A stretch of DNA of 64,000 nucleotides from an uncultured Acidobacteriota bacterium (GTDB lineage: Bacteria; Acidobacteriota; Thermoanaerobaculia; Gp7-AA8). Each line of letters begins with the position of its first letter. Positions within the stretch are counted from its first letter, which is position 1. Made by a program: the position numbers and the translations under genes. Under the pieces are notes generated by a model, which saw only the letters and a program-made list of their open reading frames with translations, was not told the origin of the DNA and did no database searches. The DNA lies in NCBI GenBank assembly GCA_963822445.1, contig CAWGHO010000001.1:1376001-1440000 (forward strand), read 5' to 3'. Positions 29,996-39,297 of this stretch are shown one piece after another.

Positions 29996-31771
29996 CTACT
30001 TCTCCAACAACTTCACGATCTCCTCGGCCGGCACGGCGTAGCTGAAGTAGAAACCCTGCACTTCGCGGCAGCCGTGGTCGCGCAGGAACTCGATCTGCTC
30101 GACCGTCTCCACGCCTTCGGCAATCACGCGGATGCCGAGACCGTTGGCGAGCTGGATGACCGAGGCGACGATGGCGGCGTCTTCGAAGCCGTCGGGTAGA
30201 TCGGCGACGAAGCTCTTGTCGATCTTCAGCGCGTCGATGGGAAATCGTTTCAGGTAGCTGAGCGAGGAATGGCCGGTGCCGAAGTCGTCGATGGCGATGG
30301 TCACGCCGGACTTGCGAAGCTCCGCGAGCGTGGACATGGTCAGCTGCACGTCTTCCATGGCCACGCTTTCCGTGATCTCCAGCTCCAGCGCGCGGGGGTC
30401 GAGTCCCGACTCGGTGAGCGCCGACTCGATTGAATAGAGCAAAGACTCGTCGCGGAACTGACGCGCGGAGATGTTCACCGAGAAGCGCAGATGCTTCAGA
30501 CCGCGGTCGTGAAAGCGTTTGGCCTCGCGGCAGGCCTCGCGAAGCACCCAATCGCCGATCACGAGAATCATCCCCCGCTCTTCGGCAACGGCGATGAACT
30601 CGGTCGGGCCGATCAGACCGCGCTCGGGATGGTTCCACCGCAGCAGCGCTTCCATCCCGACGAGCTGCATGGTCTCGAGATCGACCTGCGGCTGGTAGTG
30701 CAGCACGAACTCGCCGGTCTCCATGGCCTGATGCAGGCCGCTCTCGAGGAGCATCCGCTCCTGGGTCGTGCGGCTGAGGTCCGCGGTCGACATCTGATAC
30801 GTGTTCCGCCCCTCCCCTTTCGCGCGATACATCGCCGCGTCGGCATTCTTCAGCAGGGTCTCGGCATCCTCGCCGTCCTGCGGATACACGGTCACACCGA
30901 TGCTGGTGGTGACGTAAAGCTTGTGGCCGTTCACGTCGATCGGGTCGGTGATGCTGCGGAGGACTTTCTTGGCGACTGAAGCCGCGTCGTCGGGGCGCGC
31001 GATCTCCTGCAGCACGATCGTGAACTCGTCGCCGCCGACGCGCGCGACGGTGTCGCCTTCCCGCACCGCCGCCCGCAGACGTTTGCCGACCTGTTTGAGC
31101 AGCGCGTCGCCGACGGTGTGTCCCAGGGAGTCGTTGATCAGCTTGAAGTGATCGAGATCGAGAAAGAGCACTGCCACGCACGCGTGGCGCCGTTGGGCGA
31201 GCGCGAGCGCAAGCGAGAGGTGTTCCTGGAACAGGCGGCGGTTCGCGAGTCCGGTCAGGGCATCGTGATAGGCCTGATATTCGATCTGCTGCTCGGCCGT
31301 CTTGCGCTCGGTGATGTCGCGAATCAAGCCGATCACGCCGACGATCTTGCCGTTCGCATCCGCGTGCGGGCGATAGACCGCGGACACCCAGCCCTCGCGG
31401 CCCGTCGCCGGCACGACGTAGTGAATGTCGGGCGCGCTGACGGTTTCACCGCTGAGTGCGCGACGGAGAAGCTCATCGACGTGCTGCTCGCGAACGTGGG
31501 GGAAGAGATCCGGCGCGGCCTTGCCGATGACCTCCTTCGCTTCCATGCCGGTCATGTTCTCCATGAACCGGTTCCAGAGCACGTACCGGAATTCGCTGTC
31601 GAGGACGATGATGCCTTCGCCGGCGTTCTCGATGATCTCGTGCGCGAAGCGGTTGGTCTCGCGCAGCGCCCTTTCATCGCGTCCGGCGACGATCAGCCGC
31701 AGGACCACGTATCCGATCATCGCCAGAACTGCGGCGATGAGCAGGATCTCCGGGAGGGCGTTGGCCGACAT
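29996..31771 (-). CDS. TM-PAS-GGDEF-EAL diguanylate cyclase/phosphodiesterase
   Basis: HDALTGLANR, RVGGDEF, MEALLRW, DDFGTG, AEGVET. Confidence 0.96.
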   Translation of the reverse strand: MSANALPEILLIAAVLAMIGYVVLRLIVAGRDERALRETNRFAHEIIENAGEGIIVLDSEFRYVLWNRFMENMTGMEAKEVIGKAAPDLFPHVREQHVDELLRRALSGETVSAPDIHYVVPATGREGWVSAVYRPHADANGKIVGVIGLIRDITERKTAEQQIEYQAYHDALTGLANRRLFQEHLSLALALAQRRHACVAVLFLDLDHFKLINDSLGHTVGDALLKQVGKRLRAAVREGDTVARVGGDEFTIVLQEIARPDDAASVAKKVLRSITDPIDVNGHKLYVTTSIGVTVYPQDGEDAETLLKNADAAMYRAKGEGRNTYQMSTADLSRTTQERMLLESGLHQAMETGEFVLHYQPQVDLETMQLVGMEALLRWNHPERGLIGPTEFIAVAEERGMILVIGDWVLREACREAKRFHDRGLKHLRFSVNISARQFRDESLLYSIESALTESGLDPRALELEITESVAMEDVQLTMSTLAELRKSGVTIAIDDFGTGHSSLSYLKRFPIDALKIDKSFVADLPDGFEDAAIVASVIQLANGLGIRVIAEGVETVEQIEFLRDHGCREVQGFYFSYAVPAEEIVKLLEK

Positions 31772-31833
31772 GCAGCGGGCAAGTCTGCGCAACGCTCCAG
31801 GAGCACGCAAGGAGAATTTGCGATGATGCGCGC

Positions 31834-32394
31834 GTGAGTTATTGCCTTATCGCACCAGGCCACGAGTTTCATGGTCCGTATCACGACCGCGAGTACGGAT
31901 TTCCGGTTCGCGACGACGATCGCCTGTTCGAGCGGCTGGTCCTGGAGATCAATCAGGCCGGCCTCTCCTGGCTGACGATCCTCAAGAAGAAAGACGCGTT
32001 TCACGAGGCCTTCGACGGATTCGCGATCGATCGCGTGGCCCGCTTCGATGCGCGGAAACGCGCGCGGCTCATGCAGAACGCGGGGATCATCCGGAACCGG
32101 CTGAAGATCGATGCGGCCGTGGAGAACGCGAAACGGATCCGCGAACTGCGGAAGTCACATGGCTCGTTCGGGGCGTGGCTCGACGCGCATCATCCCCGCA
32201 CGAAAGGCGAATGGGTGAAGCTCTTCAAGAAGACGTTCGTCTTCACGGGCGGCGAGATCACGGGATCGTTTCTGCTCAGCACGGGCTATCTGCCCGGCGC
32301 GCATCAGACCGACTGCCCGGTGTACTCGCGGGTCGTCGCCGCGCGTGCGCCCTGGTCGTTCTCCGCGACAGGCAGTCCCATCGAATCGGCGTAG
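31834..32394 (+). CDS. tag: DNA-3-methyladenine glycosylase I
   Basis: YHDREYG, LFERLVLEINQAGLSW, IIRNRLKI, H...C zinc ligands. Confidence 0.93.
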   Translation: MSYCLIAPGHEFHGPYHDREYGFPVRDDDRLFERLVLEINQAGLSWLTILKKKDAFHEAFDGFAIDRVARFDARKRARLMQNAGIIRNRLKIDAAVENAKRIRELRKSHGSFGAWLDAHHPRTKGEWVKLFKKTFVFTGGEITGSFLLSTGYLPGAHQTDCPVYSRVVAARAPWSFSATGSPIESA

Positions 32395-33416
32395 AGCATG
32401 TGGAAGTGATGCACGCCGTTCTCGCGCTTCGGTGAGTAGCGGCCCGTGTCGTACGTCGACGACTGCAGTCCGCGCTGCACGCTCTCGCAGATGTCGATGT
32501 CCTCGAGCTGGATCTCGTCGCTGAACTTCACCGTGTCCTCGACGACCTGACGCGCCGAGTCGGGATCCTTGAAGTACCAGTCGAAGAGCGTGACCGTGCG
32601 GCCGTGGCCGAGGGGGAGGATCAGGTTCGTGGAGAAATTGTCGGGGTAGACGTTCAGCATGAGGTTCGGATAGATCCAGAAGTAGCGGACCTCATCATCT
32701 CCGCCTTCCGTGCGGATGCGCTCCGCGCGGCGCGTCGGCGCGATCTGGATCGAATACGTCCGCTTCGTCTCCGTGCGGTACGCGTTGTAATCGAGCTCAC
32801 GGAACAGGCCGGGATGGACGATGGGGATGTGATAGCCCTCGAGGTAGTTGTCGACGTACACCTTCCAGTTGCAATCGAGCTCCCACGCTTTGTGACGCGC
32901 GAGGCGGAAGCCGGTGTAGTCGTGCTTCGGCATGTCGGAGAGCAGCGTGCCGAGGAAGTCGCTCAGTGATTCGGCGCGGGGATCGAGATTCACGAAGACC
33001 AGCTCGTTCCAGACGTCGACTTTGAATTGCGGGAGCACGCAGTTGCTGCGATCGAAGTCCTGCGCGCCGTCGAACTCCGGCGTCACAGCGAGCCGGCCGT
33101 CGAGCGAGTACGTCCAGCCGTGATAGCCGCACTGCAGGACCGGCCGTTTTCCTTCTCCTCGAGCGATCGGCCCGGCGCGATGGCGGCAGACGTTCGACAT
33201 GGCCCGCAGCACGCCGTCCGCGCCGCGCACGACCAGGACCGGCTCGTTCGCGAGGATCATCGTGAAGTACTGGCCGGGATCGCGAACCTGCTCGAGCCGC
33301 CCCGCCAGTTGCCACGTGCGCGCAAAGAGGCGGCGGTTCTCTTCCTCCAGCACCGCGGCATCCGTGTAGAAGCGGGACGGGAGGGTGGAGGCGAATTCGA
33401 GGCGGGGATCGATCAA
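32304..33416 (-). CDS. Rieske oxygenase alpha subunit (choline monooxygenase-like)
   Basis: CRHR...CGYHGW Rieske motif; NWKVYVDNYLEGYHIPIVH; EDIDICESVQRG. Confidence 0.92.
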   Translation of the reverse strand: MIDPRLEFASTLPSRFYTDAAVLEEENRRLFARTWQLAGRLEQVRDPGQYFTMILANEPVLVVRGADGVLRAMSNVCRHRAGPIARGEGKRPVLQCGYHGWTYSLDGRLAVTPEFDGAQDFDRSNCVLPQFKVDVWNELVFVNLDPRAESLSDFLGTLLSDMPKHDYTGFRLARHKAWELDCNWKVYVDNYLEGYHIPIVHPGLFRELDYNAYRTETKRTYSIQIAPTRRAERIRTEGGDDEVRYFWIYPNLMLNVYPDNFSTNLILPLGHGRTVTLFDWYFKDPDSARQVVEDTVKFSDEIQLEDIDICESVQRGLQSSTYDTGRYSPKRENGVHHFHMLYADSMGLPVAENDQGARAATTREYTGQSV

Positions 33417-34744
33417 CGGCGTACTTTCCTGGCAAGGAAATACACCGGAACACTCAGAAAAAGAAGCCCCAGCGACCAGAGGCTGCTGTGGAGGTCGCTG
33501 ATCACCGCGCCGATGAGAAAGGCGATCGAGGCGAGCAGCGCCAGTCCTGTGGTGAATGGATGTCCCCAGGCACGATACGGGCGCGGCGCGTCCGGCTCGC
33601 GGCGGCGGAGGACGAACAGGGTCACGAAGGACAGCGCGTAATTCGCGACGAAGAAAAAGGCCAGCTTGGCGATGACCGTCTCGAAGGTGTTCGTGACGAT
33701 GAACGCCGCGGCGAGAAGGCTGCTGATCAGCAGGGCGATGTCCGGCGTGCCGCCGCGATTCACTTCCCGCGCGCCCCGCCAGAACAGGCCATCCTTCGAC
33801 ATCGCGTAAACGACGCGCGGGGCCATGAGGATGTTCGAGCTGACCGCGCTGAGCAGCACCAGCACGACCAGCGCGCGCAGCATGGTCTGCCCTTCGAGCC
33901 CGAACAGCCGCTCGACGACCACGCCCGCGGCGAAGTTGCTGCCGGCGATCGTCGGCAGCGACACTACCGAAAGGAAGGCGACGTTGATCAGCAGGTACAG
34001 CGCGGTGATCACGGCGAGGCTGGACAGCATCGCCCGCGGAATGGCCCGGCCATGGTCTTTCACTTCTTCCGAAAAATAGATGACCGCCGACCAGCCGTCG
34101 TACGTGTAGATCACCGATTGCAACGCGAGGATGAATGCCACCAGCAGCGAGCCTTCATGCTCGGCGATGGCCACCGTCGGCGCCATCGGCGACCGCGAGC
34201 CCAAAGCGAAACAGGCCACGATGAAGAGCACGAGGGCCACGGCCTTGATCATGCTGGTCACGTTCTGAACGGCGGCGCCGCCTTTAACGCCCAGCCACTG
34301 CACCAACGTGAACAGCGCCACCACGATCAGCGCGACGACCTGCGCAGTCCGCACCGCGGGAAAGAGCCCGACGGTGTACTCGCCGACGACGATGGCCACG
34401 GCAGCGGTGGTGCCGCAGGTGGAGATCCAGTCGCTCCAGCCGACGACGAAGCCCGGATAGTCGCCGAGCCCTTTTCGCACGAAGACGTACTGTCCGCCGG
34501 AGCGCGGCACGAGCGTTCCCAACTCCGAGAGCGCATTCGCGCCGAGGAACGCGTAGAGCGCGCCGACGATCCACACCGAGAGAAAGAGCCAGAAGGTCTG
34601 AAGATGACTGGCGATGACGCCGGGCGTGCGGAGGATGCCCGCCCCGACCGCGTTCCCGATCGTGACGGCCAGGCCGAACCCGACCCCCAGGACGGCGAGC
34701 AGGTGCCCGCGAGACACCGCAGCGTTGTTTGTGGAGACCGCCAT
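33413..34744 (-). CDS. APC family amino-acid permease
   Basis: About 12 TM segments; VGAGILRTP, ELGTLVPRSGGQY, YDGW, RPYRAWGHP. Confidence 0.93.
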   Translation of the reverse strand: MAVSTNNAAVSRGHLLAVLGVGFGLAVTIGNAVGAGILRTPGVIASHLQTFWLFLSVWIVGALYAFLGANALSELGTLVPRSGGQYVFVRKGLGDYPGFVVGWSDWISTCGTTAAVAIVVGEYTVGLFPAVRTAQVVALIVVALFTLVQWLGVKGGAAVQNVTSMIKAVALVLFIVACFALGSRSPMAPTVAIAEHEGSLLVAFILALQSVIYTYDGWSAVIYFSEEVKDHGRAIPRAMLSSLAVITALYLLINVAFLSVVSLPTIAGSNFAAGVVVERLFGLEGQTMLRALVVLVLLSAVSSNILMAPRVVYAMSKDGLFWRGAREVNRGGTPDIALLISSLLAAAFIVTNTFETVIAKLAFFFVANYALSFVTLFVLRRREPDAPRPYRAWGHPFTTGLALLASIAFLIGAVISDLHSSLWSLGLLFLSVPVYFLARKVRR

Positions 34745-34767
34745 TCAGGCGGGATAAGTGTAAACGC

Positions 34768-34845
34768 GTTGCGGGGTTACGAGGTTACGGGGTTACGGGG
34801 AAGTTTTTGAAACCCCGTAACCTCGAAACCCGCAACCCCGCGACC
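34768..34845. repeat. palindromic octamer-repeat element A4
   Basis: GTTGC GGGGTTAC GAGGTTAC GGGGTTAC GGGG...CCCC GTAACCTC GAAACCC GCAACCCC GCGACC. Confidence 0.92.
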
Positions 34846-34847
34846 TA

Positions 34848-35702
34848 CTACTCAGCGTCCTTGATCGTCACAGGCCCGTTCACGGTCGAGATCCGCACGG
34901 TCTGCGGGCCTCGTCCGAACTCGAACTTGCGCGGCTCATCGTCGTCGTCGTTCCAGTCGGAGCGATTGCGACGTACCTGCCCACCGCATGCTTCGGCTCT
35001 GCATGAGATGGGGCCCCGGCCGTGCGCCTCGACGAGCACGCCGGAAGCGAAGGTTGGAGAGACCTTCACACTGAGCGGACCGTTGCTGGTCGACGCGTCG
35101 AGAGTGCCGCCCTCCCAGGAGGCGCCGTCGAGCGTGACCGAGATCGGTCCGTTGGACGCTTTCACTTTCATCGTGCCCGAGCCGCCGTCGATGGAGATCG
35201 GGCCGTTCGTGGTCACCGCGTCGACGTTGCCGCCGACGTTGTCCAGAGCCAGCGGACCGTTCTTCAACCGCACGACGAAGTTGCCGTCGATGTTGCGGAG
35301 AGAAAGCGGGCCGTTGCGGCTCTCGATGTCGAGGGAGGCGCCGTTCGGGGCGCTGATCCGGTAGGCGACGTTCCAGTCCTTGTGGTCCGGACCGCGGGTC
35401 ACCAGCTCGCCGCCTTCGACGGCGACATGGATGTCCCTGAGGTCCGCGGCGTCCGCGGCGGCCTTGCAGACGGTGATGGTGTAGGTGCGGGCGTTTCCGC
35501 CCTTGATGGCGACCGGCGCATTCGTCACTTTCACCGAGCGCAGGCTCGGTGCGTCGAACGTCTCTTCGGCAACATGCCCCGGCCGGCCGTCGAACCGGAA
35601 TCCGCGGCTCGTGCAGTCATCGCCGTCGACGTTGTTCCATCCGTGCGCGTACGCGCTCGTGGCAAGCAGGGTAACGGCGAGTGTCAAAACCAGACGTGGC
35701 AT
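34848..35702 (-). CDS. DUF4097-like beta-strand repeat exported protein
   Basis: Repeated xx(S/T)NGP(I/L)x(I/L/V) units; signal peptide; GGGAGG RBS. Confidence 0.85.
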   Translation of the reverse strand: MPRLVLTLAVTLLATSAYAHGWNNVDGDDCTSRGFRFDGRPGHVAEETFDAPSLRSVKVTNAPVAIKGGNARTYTITVCKAAADAADLRDIHVAVEGGELVTRGPDHKDWNVAYRISAPNGASLDIESRNGPLSLRNIDGNFVVRLKNGPLALDNVGGNVDAVTTNGPISIDGGSGTMKVKASNGPISVTLDGASWEGGTLDASTSNGPLSVKVSPTFASGVLVEAHGRGPISCRAEACGGQVRRNRSDWNDDDDEPRKFEFGRGPQTVRISTVNGPVTIKDAE

Positions 35703-35729
35703 GGGTGCGATCCTCCCTTTTCGAAGTCA

Positions 35730-35756
35730 TAGACGTGAGATCGGGAGGAAAGTTAG
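35730..35756 (-). promoter_or_regulatory. putative ECF sigma promoter
   Basis: CTAAC-N16-CGTCTA upstream of the DUF4097-like gene. Confidence 0.45.
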
Positions 35757-35778
35757 AAACCGTTACAATTCGCGGATC

Positions 35779-36606
35779 ATGAAAAACGGACTCTTCGCGG
35801 TGGTGGTTGTTCTCGCTGCGTCGGCCGTGGCCCCTGCAGCGGTCGCGGCTGACTGGTATGCGCAGTACGAAAAAGGCGTGCGGCTGATCGAACAGGGCAA
35901 CGCCGCCGAGGCGAAAACGGCGCTCGAAGCGGCCCTGGCTGCTCGCCAGGCGGAAGGAGTGCAGGTCCCGACCCGCACCCACCAGTACACCGACTACCTC
36001 CCGCACCTCTATCTCGCCATCGCCAGCCAGATGACCGGCGACGTCGAGGCGGCCCGGAAGCACCTGGCCATGGCCGAAAGCTCGGGCATGGCCGCGAAAA
36101 GCGAAGTCGGACGGCCGCTTCTGGTCGCGTATCAACTCCTTCTTCGCGGCGACGGCGCCGGCAAGTTCCCGCGCTATGCCGTGTTCGAGAAGAAAGCGCC
36201 CGTGCTGAGCGAAGCCGATTTCACGATGCTCCGCAACGACGTGCTCATGAAGTGCGACCTGCCCGCCGACACGAAGATGAGCAACGCGCCCTGGTACGCG
36301 AATTACGAGCTCGGCCTCGAGCTGGAGCGCAAAGGCGATTACCCGCGCGCGCTCACGCACTTCATCGACGCCGTCGCCCAACGCCCAAACCCCCAGAAGC
36401 AGGCCCGCATGTACGGGATGTGGCTGATCGACTACTACCCCTACTTCCACATCGCCCGCGCCCACACCCGCCTCGAAAACTGGCAATGCGCGAAGAATGC
36501 TCTCGACATCTCCCAGCGCCTCGGCGAGATCCCGAACAGCTCACCGGAGATGAACGAGTGGCTTTCGTTGCAGCGGGAGACGGAGCGGCGGTTGGCGGAA
36601 AAGTAA
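35779..36606 (+). CDS. exported TPR-like protein with internal duplication
   Basis: Signal peptide; WYAQYEKG...DYLPHLYLA repeated as WYANYELG...DYYPYFHIA. Confidence 0.8.
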   Translation: MKNGLFAVVVVLAASAVAPAAVAADWYAQYEKGVRLIEQGNAAEAKTALEAALAARQAEGVQVPTRTHQYTDYLPHLYLAIASQMTGDVEAARKHLAMAESSGMAAKSEVGRPLLVAYQLLLRGDGAGKFPRYAVFEKKAPVLSEADFTMLRNDVLMKCDLPADTKMSNAPWYANYELGLELERKGDYPRALTHFIDAVAQRPNPQKQARMYGMWLIDYYPYFHIARAHTRLENWQCAKNALDISQRLGEIPNSSPEMNEWLSLQRETERRLAEK

Positions 36607-36614
36607 GCGTTGGC

Positions 36615-36702
36615 TCTGGACTGCGGCGGCAGAGCCGCCGCTCTAGACGCCGCGGCGATGCCGCGGCAAGTGAAAGCGGCAGCTCTGCTGCCGCAGTCCA
36701 GA
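36615..36702. repeat. REP-doublet-like inverted repeat
   Basis: TCTGGACTGCGGCGGCAGAGCCGCCGCT...AGCGGCAGCTCTGCTGCCGCAGTCCAGA between convergent genes. Confidence 0.8.
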
Positions 36703-36703
36703 A

Positions 36704-37414
36704 CTAGCCCCCCAAATACGCCTTCTTGATCCGATCGCTCGCCAGCAGCGCCTTGGTGTTGTCGGCGAGCACGATCCGGCCGGTCTCCATCACATAACCG
36801 CGGTGCGCGGTCACGAGGGCCATGTGGGCGTTCTGTTCGACGAGCAGGATCGTCGTCCCTTCCGCGTTGATCTCGCGGATGACGCGGAAGATCGTCTGCA
36901 CCATCTGCGGCGCGAGTCCGAGGGAAGGCTCATCGAGCAGGAGCACGCTCGGCTTGGCCATGAGCGCGCGGGAAATCGCGAGCATCTGCTGCTCGCCGCC
37001 GGACAGCGTTCCGGCGCTCTGCTTGATGCGCTCTTTGAGCACGGGGAACAGCGAGTAAACGCGCTCGTACTCGGCCTGGGTGATCTTGTCCTTGCGCAGG
37101 TAGCCGCCCAGCTCGAGGTTGTCGTGCACGGTCAGGTTCGCGAAGATCCCGCGGCCCTCCGGCACGTGCGAGATGCCCTTGCCGGTGATGATGTGCGGCT
37201 TCACGCCGGTGATGTTCTGGCCGTTGAAGGAGATCTCCCCCTTCTTCGGCTTGAGCAGCCCCGAGATCGTGCGCAGGGTCGTGGTCTTGCCCGCGCCGTT
37301 GGCGCCGATCAGCGTGACGATCTCCCCTTTGTTCACCTCGAGATCGATTCCGTGCAGCGCCGCGATGGCGCCGTACGAGACTTCGATCCCGCGCACCGAA
37401 AGGACCGTGGTCAT
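36704..37414 (-). CDS. livF: branched-chain amino acid ABC transporter ATPase
   Basis: GANGAGKT, VPEGRGIF, LSGGEQQM, DEPSLGLAP. Confidence 0.96.
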   Translation of the reverse strand: MTTVLSVRGIEVSYGAIAALHGIDLEVNKGEIVTLIGANGAGKTTTLRTISGLLKPKKGEISFNGQNITGVKPHIITGKGISHVPEGRGIFANLTVHDNLELGGYLRKDKITQAEYERVYSLFPVLKERIKQSAGTLSGGEQQMLAISRALMAKPSVLLLDEPSLGLAPQMVQTIFRVIREINAEGTTILLVEQNAHMALVTAHRGYVMETGRIVLADNTKALLASDRIKKAYLGG

Positions 37415-38199
37415 ACTTCGGCCGCCTCCGCCGGTTCGCCGAGGTACGCCTCGATCACGGCCTTGTCATTGCGGATCGCCTCGGGTGACCCTTCGGCGAT
37501 GGTCTTGCCGAAGTTCAGCACGATGATCCGCTCGCAGATCCCCATCACCAGTTCCATGTTGTGCTCGATGAGGAGGATGGAGATGTTGAAGCGGTCGCGG
37601 ATGTCGTGAATGGTCTGCATCAGCGAGCGGGTCTCGCTGTCGTTGAGACCCGCGGCCGGCTCGTCGAGCAAGAGCAGTTTCGGCCGCGCCGACAATGCCC
37701 GCGCGATCTCCAGCCGCCGCTGATCGCCGTACGGAAGATTCTTCGCGTAAGTCTCCGCACGCGACTTGAGGCCGAAGATCTCGAGCAGCTTCTCCGCCTC
37801 GATCTCCGCCTCGGCCTCCGCTTCGTGAAAGCGATTCGTGTGCAGCACCGCGGAGGTGCCGGAGTACTTGTAGTGGATGTGGCCGCCGATCTTCACGTTG
37901 TCGAGCACGGACAGCTCTTTGAAGAGCCGGATGTTCTGAAACGTGCGCGCGACGCCGAGGCTGGTGATCTGGTACGGCTTCATGTCCGTGGTCAGGACGC
38001 CGTCGATCGTGATCCGCCCCTCGCTCGGTTTGTAGACGCCGGTGAGCATGTTGAAGATCGTGGTCTTGCCCGCGCCGTTCGGACCGATCAGCCCGACCAG
38101 CTCGTGCGGCCCGATGCTCAGATTGAAATCCGACACCGCGGTCAGTCCGCCGAAGCGGATGGTGACCGACTGCGCCTGGAGAAGAGCTTCGTTTGCCAT
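37411..38199 (-). CDS. livG: branched-chain amino acid ABC transporter ATPase
   Basis: GPNGAGKT, ARTFQNIRLF, LPYGDQRRLEIARA. Confidence 0.96.
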   Translation of the reverse strand: MANEALLQAQSVTIRFGGLTAVSDFNLSIGPHELVGLIGPNGAGKTTIFNMLTGVYKPSEGRITIDGVLTTDMKPYQITSLGVARTFQNIRLFKELSVLDNVKIGGHIHYKYSGTSAVLHTNRFHEAEAEAEIEAEKLLEIFGLKSRAETYAKNLPYGDQRRLEIARALSARPKLLLLDEPAAGLNDSETRSLMQTIHDIRDRFNISILLIEHNMELVMGICERIIVLNFGKTIAEGSPEAIRNDKAVIEAYLGEPAEAAEV

Positions 38200-39294
38200 T
38201 TACGTAACCGGCGGCCCGGCATCGCGATCGAGCTTGTCGTCGCCCTGATCGCGCGGTTCGGTCGGAATTCTGTCTTTGCGCTTCGGGAGGAAATCCCACA
38301 GCTCGCGGCGGCCGAAGAGCCCCTGCGGCCGGGTGAGCATCAGCACGATGAGCATGATCGAGTAGATGACCATGCGCGGATCGCGTCCGCCCGGCATGTA
38401 GTCCTTCACCGCCCGCAGCCCCTCGGGCAGGAACGTGAGGATGATCGCCGCGACGATCGATCCGGAGATCGATCCCAGCCCGCCGAGGACGACCATGGCC
38501 ACGACCTCGAAGGACTTGATGAACGTGAACATGGTCGGGTTGAGATACGCCGGCGTGTAATGCGCGAACAGCGCGCCGGCGACACCCGCGAGGCAGGAGC
38601 CGATGATGAACGCCTTGACCTTGTAGCGGGTCGTGTCGACGCCCATCGCTTCCGCGGCGATCTGATCTTCGCGAACGGCGAGGAACGCGCGGCCGACCGA
38701 GGAGTTCACCAGGCGGTGCGAGATCAGAATGGTGATCCCGGCGAAGAAGAAGACCCAGAAGAAGTTGCTCCAGGGCGGAATGCCGGTCAGCCCGCGCGCC
38801 GCGCCGACTTTGTCGACGTTGAGGATGATCACGCGGATGATCTCGCCGAAGCCGAGCGTGACGATTGCCAGGTAATCACCGCGGAGACGCAGCGATGGCA
38901 GGCCGACGAGGTATCCCGCGATCGCCGAGACCAGCGCGCCGACGAGGATGGCCACGATCAGCAGCACGTTCTGCCAGAGCGCGAGCTGCGAGCTGTTCTC
39001 CGGGAACTTCTCCAGGTACGGACCGAAGTAATAGACGGTCAGATACGCGGATGAATACGCGCCGATGGCCATGAATCCCGCGTGTCCGAGGGAGAACTGC
39101 CCCGCGTGGCCGTTGATGATGTTCAGCGAAACGGCCAGGCCGATGTTGATGCCCATCAGCACGAGAATGCGGTTGTAGTAACGCATCACCGGCCAGTAGC
39201 CGACCGCATATTCCAGCGCCCACCACGCGCCGATAAGCACGGCGATGAACAGACCGAGATAGATGAGGTCGCGGAGCCACCAGGTCTTCGGCAT
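38200..39294 (-). CDS. livM: branched-chain amino acid ABC transporter permease
   Basis: GQFSLGHAGF, LRLRGDYLAIVTLGFGE, VVLGGLGS. Confidence 0.95.
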   Translation of the reverse strand: MPKTWWLRDLIYLGLFIAVLIGAWWALEYAVGYWPVMRYYNRILVLMGINIGLAVSLNIINGHAGQFSLGHAGFMAIGAYSSAYLTVYYFGPYLEKFPENSSQLALWQNVLLIVAILVGALVSAIAGYLVGLPSLRLRGDYLAIVTLGFGEIIRVIILNVDKVGAARGLTGIPPWSNFFWVFFFAGITILISHRLVNSSVGRAFLAVREDQIAAEAMGVDTTRYKVKAFIIGSCLAGVAGALFAHYTPAYLNPTMFTFIKSFEVVAMVVLGGLGSISGSIVAAIILTFLPEGLRAVKDYMPGGRDPRMVIYSIMLIVLMLTRPQGLFGRRELWDFLPKRKDRIPTEPRDQGDDKLDRDAGPPVT

Positions 39295-39297
39295 GCG

